Positions 35,452-44,834 of a stretch of 49,762 bases of DNA are shown here, piece after piece. Within the stretch, counting starts at the first letter, position 1. Each line of letters opens with the position of its first letter. Made by a program: the position numbers and the translations under genes. The DNA comes from a virus (taxonomy: Duplodnaviria > Caudoviricetes): IMG/VR virus record IMGVR_UViG_3300042450_000301, positions 1-49,762 of that record; one strand, given 5' to 3'. The notes below the pieces were generated by a model. The model saw nothing but the letters and a program-made list of their open reading frames with translations. It did no database searches and was not told the DNA's origin.

Positions 35452-36821
35452 ACTTGATATGTTCCTGATCCAGTAAATGTAAGGATAGTATTTGCCCCGC
35501 TAGTAGTAACTGTTGGAGATCCTGTAATAACGCCAGAATAATAAGCCGTTTCAAACTTAAGAATAACTACACCACTACCACCATTATTTGAGCCATTATT
35601 ATTTCCGCCACCGCCACCACCGCCAGTATTTACACCGCCAGCAGTTCCAGCGCCAACTCCAGCTCCAGTTCCACCACCACCTAAACCACCAGCCCCGCTT
35701 GATGTACCACCACCGCCACCACCAAAGTATTCTGATGATCCTCTAATAGTAGTATTTACACCAATACCACCACCATTTGTACTGGCTGCTCCTGCAGCAC
35801 CACCACCACCGCCTGAATATTGGCTTGGAGCAGTCGACCCATTTGCACCAGCAAATCCATTTCCTGAAGCCCCACCATTACCACCAGTATTTTGATCTGG
35901 TGAAACAGTACCGCCGCCACCGCCAGTAGAGGCATTAGCAACGCCTGTAATGTAACTTGCCGTTCCTGCCGTTCCAGCACTACCGCCTGCGCCACCCCCG
36001 CCAATAAATACGCTAAAGGTTGAAGATCCTTGGATAACAAAAGATGAACTAGCAATTACTTGTCCAGCACCGCCAGCACCACCGCCGCCTTGTAAACCAC
36101 CAGAACCACCGCCGCCAGCTACAACTAAATAATCAATAGTGTATCCAGCTTGGTTTTGTACAACAAATTTAATCCAAGCACTATTGGCATAACCCTCAAA
36201 AAAGTTACCAGTAGAGTTATAACGAATTAAACCATTAACAGGAGCTGCATTATTTCTAGATGCCGTACTTCCAGACGGTAAGTACCATTGCCCTGTATTA
36301 GAGTTACCAAATACGTCGCTTTTTAGTATTGCTGTACTATTTGCTTGAAACGTGGAATTGGCAGTTAAAGCTCCACCAATTAAAGCAGTACCAGTAACCG
36401 TTAAATTACCATCAATATAATTTAAAGTTGTGGCAGAATAAAAATCTGTGCCATCACAGAAAAGTACCGCAGATGCAGCATTAGTCAACGCAACGCCGTT
36501 TCCACCAGAAGTTTTGACGGTTACTGTAGCATTTGAGAAGTTACGAACAATGTAGACTTTTTCTACTGCTGGTGCAATAACGTTGCATGGTGCGCCTAAT
36601 AACCCGCCAAGGACTAATACAGCATTTCTAGCCTCATCTGGCAAACCGTTAAAGTCGGTAAGTGTATAATCCCCACCAGGAAGCGTAATTGATTGAACCC
36701 CAGCAATGGCTTGCTCAAGTAACGTACCAAGATTAGTATTGGTGGTTGTACCCCATGTACCGGCTTGTTCGCCGTTTCCGATTAATTCAAGTCCTAAGGA
36801 CGTACTGTAAGTTGATGGCAT
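35448..36821 (-). CDS. tail fibre with C-terminal glycine-rich domain
   Basis: MPSTYS..GEQAGTWG..TN N-terminus; YLVVAGGGG..GGSGVVIL..FTGSGT domain. Confidence 0.75.
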   Translation of the reverse strand: MPSTYSTSLGLELIGNGEQAGTWGTTTNTNLGTLLEQAIAGVQSITLPGGDYTLTDFNGLPDEARNAVLVLGGLLGAPCNVIAPAVEKVYIVRNFSNATVTVKTSGGNGVALTNAASAVLFCDGTDFYSATTLNYIDGNLTVTGTALIGGALTANSTFQANSTAILKSDVFGNSNTGQWYLPSGSTASRNNAAPVNGLIRYNSTGNFFEGYANSAWIKFVVQNQAGYTIDYLVVAGGGGSGGLQGGGGAGGAGQVIASSSFVIQGSSTFSVFIGGGGAGGSAGTAGTASYITGVANASTGGGGGTVSPDQNTGGNGGASGNGFAGANGSTAPSQYSGGGGGAAGAASTNGGGIGVNTTIRGSSEYFGGGGGGTSSGAGGLGGGGTGAGVGAGTAGGVNTGGGGGGGNNNGSNNGGSGVVILKFETAYYSGVITGSPTVTTSGANTILTFTGSGTYQV

Positions 36822-36831
36822 TTGTTTTCCT

Positions 36832-37932
36832 TTATGCTGCTATAAGTTCCCAGTCTGTTACTGCATTATCTGGTATTTGACTCCAACCAGACGTTGAATT
36901 GTCGTTTATATCTGTCCAGCCGGGGTCCGGCACATCCGGAATCTGTCCCCAAACAAGTACTTGACCGATTATACCCCGTGCTTGAACGCCTGTTAAGTAG
37001 ATATTAGCATCTGCTGCTGGACTTACTGTGCCAATATATCCTACTGCTTGAACACCCGTTACAGGTACTCTTTGGCTTAATTCAACTGTTACATTACCTA
37101 GCTGACCAATACCCTGAACGCCCGTTAAAACTATATTTCCTGTACCTGTTACAGCAACCGTTCCTAGTTGGGTATTACCTTGAACGCCTGTTAAGAAAAC
37201 ATCCGCATTAGCTGCTACGGTTACAGAGCCAACTTGGCCTACACCTTGAACACCAGTAGTAACGACATTAGCTGCAGCGGTTACAGAGGCAGTACCTAAT
37301 TGAGTCACACCCACAACGCCTGTTACTAGTACATCTGCACTTCCTGTGACTGTAGCAGTTCCAGTTTGTCCTACGCCCTGTACGCCCGTTACATTTACTC
37401 CGGTACCTTCTTGAGCGGTTACAGTACCTACTTGACCTACACCTTGAACTCCAGTTACGGGTACATTAGCTTCTGCATTGGTATCTACAGTTCCAACTTG
37501 TCCTATACCCTGAACGCCTGTTATAGGTACATCAGCACCTGCTGTTACAGACGTAGTGCCTAGTTGGGTAACACCTACAACGCCCGTTAAAAAGACTACT
37601 GCAGAACCTTGGGTATCTACAGAACCAACTTGTCCTATACCCTGAACACCTGTTACTGTAATATCTGCGCCAGCGGCAACATCTACTGTGCCTACCTGAC
37701 CTACACCTTGTACTCCAGTTAACAGAACCCCAACACCAGCAGCGGTATCAACTGTACCTACATAGCCAATAGCTTGAGTGCCTGTTACATAAATATTAGC
37801 ATCGCCAGTAACACTTGCAGTGCCTAAATAACCAACCGCTTGTACCCCAGTAACAGTAACGACTACTGAAAGGGCTACTTCTCCGCCTGTATCTGCAAAG
37901 GGGGCCGAGGCGAATGGGCTAAATCCAAACAT
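36832..37932 (-). CDS. structural protein with 21-aa tandem repeats
   Basis: About 14 copies of TGVQG(V/I)GQ(V/L)GTV-type units. Confidence 0.75.
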   Translation of the reverse strand: MFGFSPFASAPFADTGGEVALSVVVTVTGVQAVGYLGTASVTGDANIYVTGTQAIGYVGTVDTAAGVGVLLTGVQGVGQVGTVDVAAGADITVTGVQGIGQVGSVDTQGSAVVFLTGVVGVTQLGTTSVTAGADVPITGVQGIGQVGTVDTNAEANVPVTGVQGVGQVGTVTAQEGTGVNVTGVQGVGQTGTATVTGSADVLVTGVVGVTQLGTASVTAAANVVTTGVQGVGQVGSVTVAANADVFLTGVQGNTQLGTVAVTGTGNIVLTGVQGIGQLGNVTVELSQRVPVTGVQAVGYIGTVSPAADANIYLTGVQARGIIGQVLVWGQIPDVPDPGWTDINDNSTSGWSQIPDNAVTDWELIAA

Positions 37933-37934
37933 AG

Positions 37935-39080
37935 TTAGGCTAAGTAAGTACCGCTAGATGTGTATTTAAGAATAGTGTAGATACCAAATGTAGTTACGGT
38001 TGGGCTTCCTGTTGTGGTATTGCTATAGCTAGATGTTAGTACTTGTATGATGACAACTCCAGAACCTCCTGAACCACCACTAGGATTTTGTCCGGCACCA
38101 GTACCTCCACCGCCTCCACCTAAATTAGTAGAGCCGTTACCCCCACCAGAACCGCCACCACCTGTTCCACCCAAAGTTGCAGCAGACCCCGCACCACCAC
38201 CGCCAGCGCCACCAGCTCCACCACCACATGTTGAACCAGCAGAAGAATTTCCTCCACCACCTCCTCCACCACCAGCGTAAGTAATAGCAGAGCCAGTTAT
38301 AGAAGAAGAACCACCCACTCCACCAGCGCCGCCACTACCACTTCCAGCGGAACCACTTCCAGCAGCTCCACCAGTTGTATTTCCGCCACCGCCACCACCA
38401 CAACGATTTCCACCACTACCACCAGTTAATCCTTGGCCTGTTGTTCCATTTCCATTAGACCCGCCATCACCGCCGCCGCCACCACCAGAACCGCCGTTTT
38501 GTCCAGCGGGAGAACCACCTTCAGCAGAACCCCCACCACCGTATACTGATGTTACTGTTGTAATACCAGAACCAGAAATAGATGAATTAGAACCATTTGT
38601 TCCGCCACCACCGCCAGATCCGTTACTTACCCCACCAGAACCACCAGCCCCAACTGTAATTGTGTAAGTTGCGCCGGGAGTCAAAATTAATGTATCTGTT
38701 AATAAACCACCTGCACCACCACCAGCACCCCCGCCACCAGCGCCGTTCCCAGATTCTCCACCACCACCACCGCCACCACCAGCAACGGAAAGATAAGTTA
38801 TTTGAACGCCAGATGATTTAATCAGCGTCCAATTTCCACCAACGTATCCCTCTAAACCATATCCAGAATCAGTGTTGTAGCGCAACATTCCATTTACGCC
38901 AGTAGGTCTTTGAGCCGTAGTGCCTCGTGGTAATGTAACAGCACCAGTAGAAGTAAAGTTTGCGTTTTGGTCTGTGCCAATAATTACCGCTGTTGTATTA
39001 GCAGTTTGTAAACCCAATGCACCAGAAGCATCAGCCGTTTCTGTTAGCCCAGAAGTAGAAGCATTAATAAAAGTTGTCAT
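37935..39080 (-). CDS. glycine-rich tail fibre/adhesin
   Basis: GTTAQRP..GMLRYN module plus Gly-rich domain; start moved to the ATGA overlap. Confidence 0.75.
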   Translation of the reverse strand: MTTFINASTSGLTETADASGALGLQTANTTAVIIGTDQNANFTSTGAVTLPRGTTAQRPTGVNGMLRYNTDSGYGLEGYVGGNWTLIKSSGVQITYLSVAGGGGGGGGESGNGAGGGGAGGGAGGLLTDTLILTPGATYTITVGAGGSGGVSNGSGGGGGTNGSNSSISGSGITTVTSVYGGGGSAEGGSPAGQNGGSGGGGGGDGGSNGNGTTGQGLTGGSGGNRCGGGGGGNTTGGAAGSGSAGSGSGGAGGVGGSSSITGSAITYAGGGGGGGGNSSAGSTCGGGAGGAGGGGAGSAATLGGTGGGGSGGGNGSTNLGGGGGGTGAGQNPSGGSGGSGVVIIQVLTSSYSNTTTGSPTVTTFGIYTILKYTSSGTYLA

Positions 39081-39355
39081 GGAAAAGTTACCCAAGCTCC
39101 GCCTATATAGGCTTCAAGGTTTGCAGTGCTACTGTTGTATCGAATCATCCCGTTTACTCCAGTAGGTCTATTGTTTGTTGTACCAGCAGGAAGTGTTACA
39201 GCGCCAGTAGAAACAAAGTTAGCGTTTTGGCTATTATCTATTACAACTGCGTTAGATCCATTAGTTTGCAATGCAAGGTTAGCCGTACCATCAGAGACTT
39301 TAATGATCGCTGAGATGGATGAAGAGTTTCCGGCTTGTGCATTGATAGTGGACAT
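39077..39355 (-). CDS. short fibre module, paralogue of the 37935-39080 N-terminus
   Basis: NANFVSTGAVTLPAGTTNNRPTGVNGMIRYN. Confidence 0.7.
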   Translation of the reverse strand: MSTINAQAGNSSSISAIIKVSDGTANLALQTNGSNAVVIDNSQNANFVSTGAVTLPAGTTNNRPTGVNGMIRYNSSTANLEAYIGGAWVTFP

Positions 39356-39528
39356 TATGCTGAAGGAAGTGGTGTGTTACCTTGGGCTAGCCATTCTTGA
39401 TATGCTTGCCAATCTGCGTTTTCTAAATCGTTAGGAATACAGGCATAATCTGGCAAACGCAAAATAACATTTTGATTAATTCCAGTTTCTGGAGATACAT
39501 TATTTAATTGTTGATAGTTGTATTCCAT
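39355..39528 (-). CDS. tail-fibre chaperone-like protein (57 aa, not in the ORF track)
   Basis: IPNDLENADWQAYQEWLAQGNTP. Confidence 0.7.
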   Translation of the reverse strand: MEYNYQQLNNVSPETGINQNVILRLPDYACIPNDLENADWQAYQEWLAQGNTPLPSA

Positions 39529-40545
39529 TTATAGCTCTGCATTTATTTGAATAGTAGAAGTTGATGACGAGAAAAAAAGGCTTGTTGAGCCTGAAGTTAA
39601 TCCAGTATAGCCAGAACCATTAATAGTTGCCTTATCAACTGTAATAGACGCTGCTGTATTTGTTCCTGTAGCAGCTGGGTAATCTCCTATTGATGTTAAA
39701 AAAGTAACTGTTCCAGATGTTTGCCCAGCAGCAGGTAAAGTTATCGTGGGGGCTGTTCTTTTGGTTACTTTAAATGTCAATACAGTAGCTGCAACAGTTG
39801 TGCTTGTACTAACTCCAACCAAAGAAGTACTACTTAATGCATATGTTTCATAATACCTTTGGCACATAAATAACTGATCTGAATAATTTACAATTTCAAA
39901 GCTAGAAGCTGCAGAACCAACCTCTAATTGGGCATTACCAATAACCCATGTCCCAGACGTTTGAGCGCCAACAGTAAATAAAATTTCAACTCCAGTCGTT
40001 GCGTTTGATGGAAGGCTAATCTGAGTGCTATATTGGCTTAATGTAGAATTAACAACAAACGTGCCTGTAGATATTTGAACTTTTGTAGGTGTTCCAATAG
40101 TGCCAAATGTGTTGGAAGTATTTGCATATGAAGCAGTCCAAGTAACATTAGTTAAAAGGCTGTTAGACATGTTGACAGATAAAGTGACGGTTTGACCAGC
40201 AAGATCATATGAGTTGTTGTTTTCAATTCTTTGCCCAACACCAACTGCCGTAACACTTGCAGCGCCAGTAATTTGATAATTGTTTTGAGTGTTATTACTT
40301 CCAGCAACTTGAGCTGCGGTAACGTTAGCACCAGTAGAATAAACAAACCACCTATCAACCGCAGGGTATCCAGTAGAAGCCGTTGGTACAGCAGTACCAG
40401 CAGTAACTGTTGCAGAGTTAGCTCTTTGCGCAATAACCATGTTACCGTTAATAAAACGATTTTTAAAGCGTGTTTGATACGCAGTATTTTGTACCGTTGT
40501 GCTTGGGTAAGTGATACCACTTGTACCGTCAATAATTACCGTCAT
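39529..40545 (-). CDS. tail fibre / receptor-binding protein
   Basis: KNRFINGNM..AQR..DRW; QLEVGS..CQRYY..KRTAPT. Confidence 0.75.
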   Translation of the reverse strand: MTVIIDGTSGITYPSTTVQNTAYQTRFKNRFINGNMVIAQRANSATVTAGTAVPTASTGYPAVDRWFVYSTGANVTAAQVAGSNNTQNNYQITGAASVTAVGVGQRIENNNSYDLAGQTVTLSVNMSNSLLTNVTWTASYANTSNTFGTIGTPTKVQISTGTFVVNSTLSQYSTQISLPSNATTGVEILFTVGAQTSGTWVIGNAQLEVGSAASSFEIVNYSDQLFMCQRYYETYALSSTSLVGVSTSTTVAATVLTFKVTKRTAPTITLPAAGQTSGTVTFLTSIGDYPAATGTNTAASITVDKATINGSGYTGLTSGSTSLFFSSSTSTIQINAEL

Positions 40546-40554
40546 GGTAAATCC

Positions 40555-40959
40555 TTAAGGAACTAAAACCCAAGATAAAGTAGCTTCATCCCAAACATAA
40601 TCGCCGCCACCTGCAGGATAAGGCACTGGAGCTTCCCATAAAAATGTAGAAGTGTTCAGAATCCAAGATGGGTATGGCTGAGGCGCATAGAACACACCAA
40701 CAACACCGTCAATAATATAAGAGTTATCGTAGGTATAACCAATACCAGCGTAGTTAGCACGTAACGGAATTCCACCATCAGGCGTATGAGGCTCTGCTGG
40801 AGGAGATGGTGCGTAATGCACGTTTCCGTAAGTGTTATACGAAGTCTGTACCCAGAATCCGGGTTGTGTATCTACGAATGCTTGATCCGCAGCAATAACT
40901 TCTGATACTAAAAATTTAGAGGCTTCTGAAGTTACCTCGCACTTTGCAAAATATGACAT
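40555..40959 (-). CDS. tail-associated protein
   Basis: WVQTSYNT..RANYAGIGYTYD..PQPYPSW..WEAPVPYP. Confidence 0.7.
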   Translation of the reverse strand: MSYFAKCEVTSEASKFLVSEVIAADQAFVDTQPGFWVQTSYNTYGNVHYAPSPPAEPHTPDGGIPLRANYAGIGYTYDNSYIIDGVVGVFYAPQPYPSWILNTSTFLWEAPVPYPAGGGDYVWDEATLSWVLVP

Positions 40960-40961
40960 TT

Positions 40962-41129
40962 TTATACTCCGTTAAGTTGTTCGTCTGTTGGACGTAGTAA
41001 CGCATTATTCCAGTCTTTAATGTAATCACCACTACCGTCATTTTGTAATAATATTGTTCCGCTAAAAGGCAAAAAATCTTTATCTGTTAATTGTGGATAA
41101 ATTACCAATATTTTTTCGTATAAATTCAT
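40962..41129 (-). CDS. XkdW-like protein (55 aa, not in the ORF track)
   Basis: LYEKI..IYP..DF..LQNDGSGDYIKDW..RPTDEQL. Confidence 0.7.
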   Translation of the reverse strand: MNLYEKILVIYPQLTDKDFLPFSGTILLQNDGSGDYIKDWNNALLRPTDEQLNGV

Positions 41130-41722
41130 TATGCGCCTCTAGTCATTGACGCTGAAAATGAAGTAATTACAACTTCACCATATACAGAAGGAGAAGTTCC
41201 AGCTATGTATGCGTAAACTTCAATGTAATCAGTTGAACCATTGCAATAAACTAACGCACTGCCAGACGAACCAAACTCACTTGCGGTTCCGTAAAAAGCG
41301 CCAAGTCTTTGATAATTTGAACCATTTTTATAAATCATAGTAAAAAAGACTGTGCTAGCAGTTGATAATAATTGCGCCATTGCGTTAACTTGGTAATAAC
41401 CAGCTACAGTAGGAGTAAACCTATAGTTTGTTGTGTTGTCGTAATTATTGTTTGTGTCAAAAGTTTCACTATTAAACTGAATTTTTGTGGCTGTATTTGC
41501 AGAAATACTTTGCGTGCTACTTAATCCTGCACGAAAAGCTGGGCCATTAATTGCTTGGTTTCCCCCAATTAAAATTGGATTTGTAAAATTAGCTACTTGT
41601 GCATTACTTAATGTTAATGCAGTTGTGTTAACACCTCCAGTCGTAAAGACTAGATTACCAGTAGTATCACCAGTAACAGTAAATGCAGTATTGATTGTGT
41701 TGCTTGCGCTAATAATACTCAT
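41129..41722 (-). CDS. fibre protein with C1q/TNF-like head
   Basis: PAFRA..FDTNNNYD..RFTPTVAGYY..NGSTDYIEVY. Confidence 0.75.
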   Translation of the reverse strand: MSIISASNTINTAFTVTGDTTGNLVFTTGGVNTTALTLSNAQVANFTNPILIGGNQAINGPAFRAGLSSTQSISANTATKIQFNSETFDTNNNYDNTTNYRFTPTVAGYYQVNAMAQLLSTASTVFFTMIYKNGSNYQRLGAFYGTASEFGSSGSALVYCNGSTDYIEVYAYIAGTSPSVYGEVVITSFSASMTRGA

Positions 41723-42187
41723 TTAAATAACCACCCATCTAGAACCGCTTGCAACCGTAACAGATACGCCGTTTGCTGTAGTAATTGGACCTACTGAGAA
41801 GCCGTTAGTACCCGCAGCAATAGTGTAGTTTGCTGTAGCGTTTGCTTGATTAATATGAATAGCTTGTCCCGAACCACCTAAGCTTGTAGCTTCAGACGGC
41901 AATGTAACAAATACATCTTTAGTTCCAGCGCTAAAAGTTACAATAGCATTAGCATTACTAGAAGAAAAAATAGTCGTTCTAGATAAAGAGCTGTTAGCCG
42001 AATAGTACGTGCCAATACCTACTTCCCACTCTGTAGTCGTTTGACCAGCAATGGTATAGTAAGTTGCGTTGCCATCTCCAATAACTGCAAAAGACTGATA
42101 GCCAGTCGCAGCATTTCCAAGGACAACAGTGCCAGTACCAGTTGTAGTGGTATTGACCTTTACACGATCCGCAAGAATAAGAGCCAT
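41723..42187 (-). CDS. structural protein
   Basis: ADRVK..TTGTG..EWEVGIG..FSAGTKDVFVT. Confidence 0.7.
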   Translation of the reverse strand: MALILADRVKVNTTTTGTGTVVLGNAATGYQSFAVIGDGNATYYTIAGQTTTEWEVGIGTYYSANSSLSRTTIFSSSNANAIVTFSAGTKDVFVTLPSEATSLGGSGQAIHINQANATANYTIAAGTNGFSVGPITTANGVSVTVASGSRWVVI

Positions 42188-42762
42188 TAGATTCTGTTAC
42201 CTTTTTGCATATTCATTTTAGCTGGCAATAATTGTAAATTCCAAGGAACATGCAGCCCGCATACATCTTTGCCACGAATCGGTACGATATGGTCTACATG
42301 CCACTTCTGGCTGCTAGTTTCACTTAACTGCGCCGCTACCTTGTAAGTACATTGCATATTATAAATCTGTTCCGGCGTTAACCATAACGGTGTAGCTTTA
42401 GCTTTTTTGAGCCTGTATCGCTTGCTTAGTGCATTAGCTATACCACGATTGGTTTTGCTCCAAAGACGTTGCTTGGCTTTTCGTTCTTCTGCGTTGGCTT
42501 GGTAAGCTAACCTAGAATGTTCTAAACTAGACTCACGATACCGAGCATATATTTCTGCCGAAAGATTTGGGTTCTCTGCTTTAAGACGTGCGTAGTATTC
42601 ACGCCGTTTTTGTTTGCCAAGATCTTGGTCTGTATAGTAATTTTTAGACGAAACAGAACGCCGACATAACTTGCAGTCGTTACGATAACCATCAGGCGAA
42701 TCTTTACGCTTGTAGAACTCGCTTAATGGCTTGCTGTTATTGCAAACCACGCAAACTTTCAT
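42187..42762 (-). CDS. free-standing HNH homing endonuclease with N-terminal Zn finger
   Basis: CVVC..CKLC; ATPLWL..WHVDHIVP..GLHVPWNLQ. Confidence 0.88.
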   Translation of the reverse strand: MKVCVVCNNSKPLSEFYKRKDSPDGYRNDCKLCRRSVSSKNYYTDQDLGKQKRREYYARLKAENPNLSAEIYARYRESSLEHSRLAYQANAEERKAKQRLWSKTNRGIANALSKRYRLKKAKATPLWLTPEQIYNMQCTYKVAAQLSETSSQKWHVDHIVPIRGKDVCGLHVPWNLQLLPAKMNMQKGNRI

Positions 42763-42766
42763 TGGC

Positions 42767-43201
42767 CTAGGCGATTCGGATTATGGCGCTTGTTGAGTCG
42801 GCAGTAGGCATAATTACGGTAAAAGTTCCATTTGTAGCAGTTTTATCTGCACCAAAAGCCAATGACGCAACCGCAGTATTTGCAGTGCTGTTATAGATCA
42901 AAGCGCCGTTAGCAGTAATGTTTGCATTTGTCCATGAGCTATTTGCAAAAGACATAAACGCTACGTTACCTGTGCTTGTTGGGCTTGTACTAACTGTTAA
43001 TGTATTTCCACCAGCAGTGTAGTTTGATCCAGAACTAGACACTTCGTTCAGCGTTGTATAAGCGGTTGTTGCATTGCTTAATGTTGCTGCACTTGTGTAT
43101 AACGCTAGCTTGTAAACTGCTGTTGCGCCTGATGTTAAGTTTTGTTGACCGGCAAGGATTTCCACCTTGAACGAGTCGCACATTGCTTGGGTAATTGCCA
43201 T
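42767..43201 (-). CDS. structural protein
   Basis: SFK.E..KLALYT..YTAGG..GALIYN..FGADK..IIRIA. Confidence 0.7.
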   Translation of the reverse strand: MAITQAMCDSFKVEILAGQQNLTSGATAVYKLALYTSAATLSNATTAYTTLNEVSSSGSNYTAGGNTLTVSTSPTSTGNVAFMSFANSSWTNANITANGALIYNSTANTAVASLAFGADKTATNGTFTVIMPTADSTSAIIRIA

Positions 43202-43217
43202 TTGTAACTCCTAAAAA

Positions 43218-43916
43218 TTAAGTAACTTGAACACGAGCTTGACCATTACGATAAGCATCTTGGCGCTCAAGCCCATCTCCAAGACGTTTTAATTGGGCTA
43301 ATGCTTCGCCGTATTTGCTATTATACGTGGCTAACATGTCTTGTTCACCCTTCATATAGGTGTAAGCTTCAACTAAAGTACCATAAAGCAATGCGGGACT
43401 ATAGTTATCGCCAAGCCATGATGAGCCAGCAGTCACGATTGACTCTGGATAATAGAAATAATGTAACTCTGCGCCATAAGCAGCGTTTGGTGTTGGGCCA
43501 AGAATGAATGTCAATTCATTTGGATCGTTTAGTCTAGAACCGAATAAAGCGTAATATCGGGGTAAACCCGTAGCTGTTGGATCTGGATAAGCTTGACGAA
43601 TAAAGTTCACGTCTTTATTGAGTAAGTACTCATAAGAGCCATCCGCTTGAATAACCGCCAATGAATATGTAGATAGATAATCATTAGGGCAAGCTAGATA
43701 CTTACTAGTGCTAGAGCAGTTACCAGTAACGTTTTTACGCAAAGAAGGAATCTGAACGGTGTTGTATATCCGCTCTTCAGCCTGCTCAATGAAAGTATTG
43801 ATCTGTGTAGTTACATTAACCGTACTCGTATTACCACCAGACAGCTCTACAAACGTATCAGGAAATATATTCTCTGTATACGCTTGTACTTGCTGAAAAA
43901 GTTCTGCGTAATTCAT
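43218..43916 (-). CDS. head-tail adaptor-like protein
   Basis: FIEQAEERIY..GLPRYY..GPTP..LLYGTLVEAY. Confidence 0.65.
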   Translation of the reverse strand: MNYAELFQQVQAYTENIFPDTFVELSGGNTSTVNVTTQINTFIEQAEERIYNTVQIPSLRKNVTGNCSSTSKYLACPNDYLSTYSLAVIQADGSYEYLLNKDVNFIRQAYPDPTATGLPRYYALFGSRLNDPNELTFILGPTPNAAYGAELHYFYYPESIVTAGSSWLGDNYSPALLYGTLVEAYTYMKGEQDMLATYNSKYGEALAQLKRLGDGLERQDAYRNGQARVQVT

Positions 43917-44206
43917 TAGCCCATCGGCCCTCTAGAAGTAAAGCCTTTAGTAGCTGCGCCAGATCCACGTTGCTTCATGCCAGTAGTTTTAACATCATCA
44001 CGATCTGGATCACCTAAGCTAACACGACCTGTTGGTTTACCTGGTTTAAAGTCACCCGCTACTTGGCGAGTTGGATCAGGCTTACGGCTAACAGATAACA
44101 TTGCATCTTTTGCACTCATTGCAGTGCCTTTCATGGTGTGTGGCTGTGCATAAACATCAGCGCTACCAACCTCTTTACCCATTACTTTTTTAGAAAATTT
44201 AGCCAT
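43916..44206 (-). CDS. small basic protein
   Basis: K/G-rich; RGSGAATKG..RGPM. Confidence 0.7.
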   Translation of the reverse strand: MAKFSKKVMGKEVGSADVYAQPHTMKGTAMSAKDAMLSVSRKPDPTRQVAGDFKPGKPTGRVSLGDPDRDDVKTTGMKQRGSGAATKGFTSRGPMG

Positions 44207-44208
44207 GA

Positions 44209-44394
44209 TTATTCCTGATTATTAGCACGAGCCATATTACGGCCAACAGCTTTCATTGCTGCGCCAGTAACGGTAGATGCACCTTTTTTGCCTTTGCCAG
44301 TTTGAATGGCTAAGGTTGGACCTGAATCACCAAGGTTTTTACCTTTGGTTTTGCCAGTTTTTGTTACGCCGTCTGCTGCTTTTTTGAATGTCAT
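44209..44394 (-). CDS. small basic protein
   Basis: ADGVTKTGKTKG; AGGAG RBS. Confidence 0.7.
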   Translation of the reverse strand: MTFKKAADGVTKTGKTKGKNLGDSGPTLAIQTGKGKKGASTVTGAAMKAVGRNMARANNQE

Positions 44395-44402
44395 AATGAC
44401 TC

Positions 44403-44831
44403 CTAAGTTGTACTAACCGATACTGTACCAAGTTGTGTCTTACCTATCAAGTCATTTGGCGTTAATCCATTGTCAAATAACCTTGATCCCCCGACTGGCT
44501 GCCAGCCCCATTGAAAGATCCTACTACCCATATCTGGGTTTCCTAGTCCATCTGGACCAGTTCCACCATTAATATCAATCTGCAAACCATTGGTACCAGA
44601 CTGCCGATAACTTACGTCAGGACGTGGATCCCGAACCGCTTGCGGGTCGTTCACCGGATACATACCCAATTGTAACTGAGGTTGATCGGGGTTCCAACAT
44701 GATCGACAAACTTTAATCTTGAACGGCTTGGTCTTTACAACCTCTGTTCTAAGCTCCGAAAGCTTATACCTAAAACCACATCGGTCACATTCCGCAATTG
44801 CGTACTTACCTGATGCAAATTGATTGGGCAT
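44403..44831 (-). CDS. CxxC..CxxC virion-region protein
   Basis: CDRC..CRSC; DPQAVRDPRPD. Confidence 0.7.
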   Translation of the reverse strand: MPNQFASGKYAIAECDRCGFRYKLSELRTEVVKTKPFKIKVCRSCWNPDQPQLQLGMYPVNDPQAVRDPRPDVSYRQSGTNGLQIDINGGTGPDGLGNPDMGSRIFQWGWQPVGGSRLFDNGLTPNDLIGKTQLGTVSVSTT

Positions 44832-44834
44832 ATC

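Noticed and set aside
35448-41722. Diversity-generating retroelement or invertible fibre cassette
   Set aside because: No reverse transcriptase or invertase; differences between duplicated segments are not adenine-specific and all copies are co-oriented
32411-42762. Group I introns or inteins carrying the HNH genes
   Set aside because: Flanking genes are intact with gaps of only a few bp; there is no room for an intron core and no intein motifs
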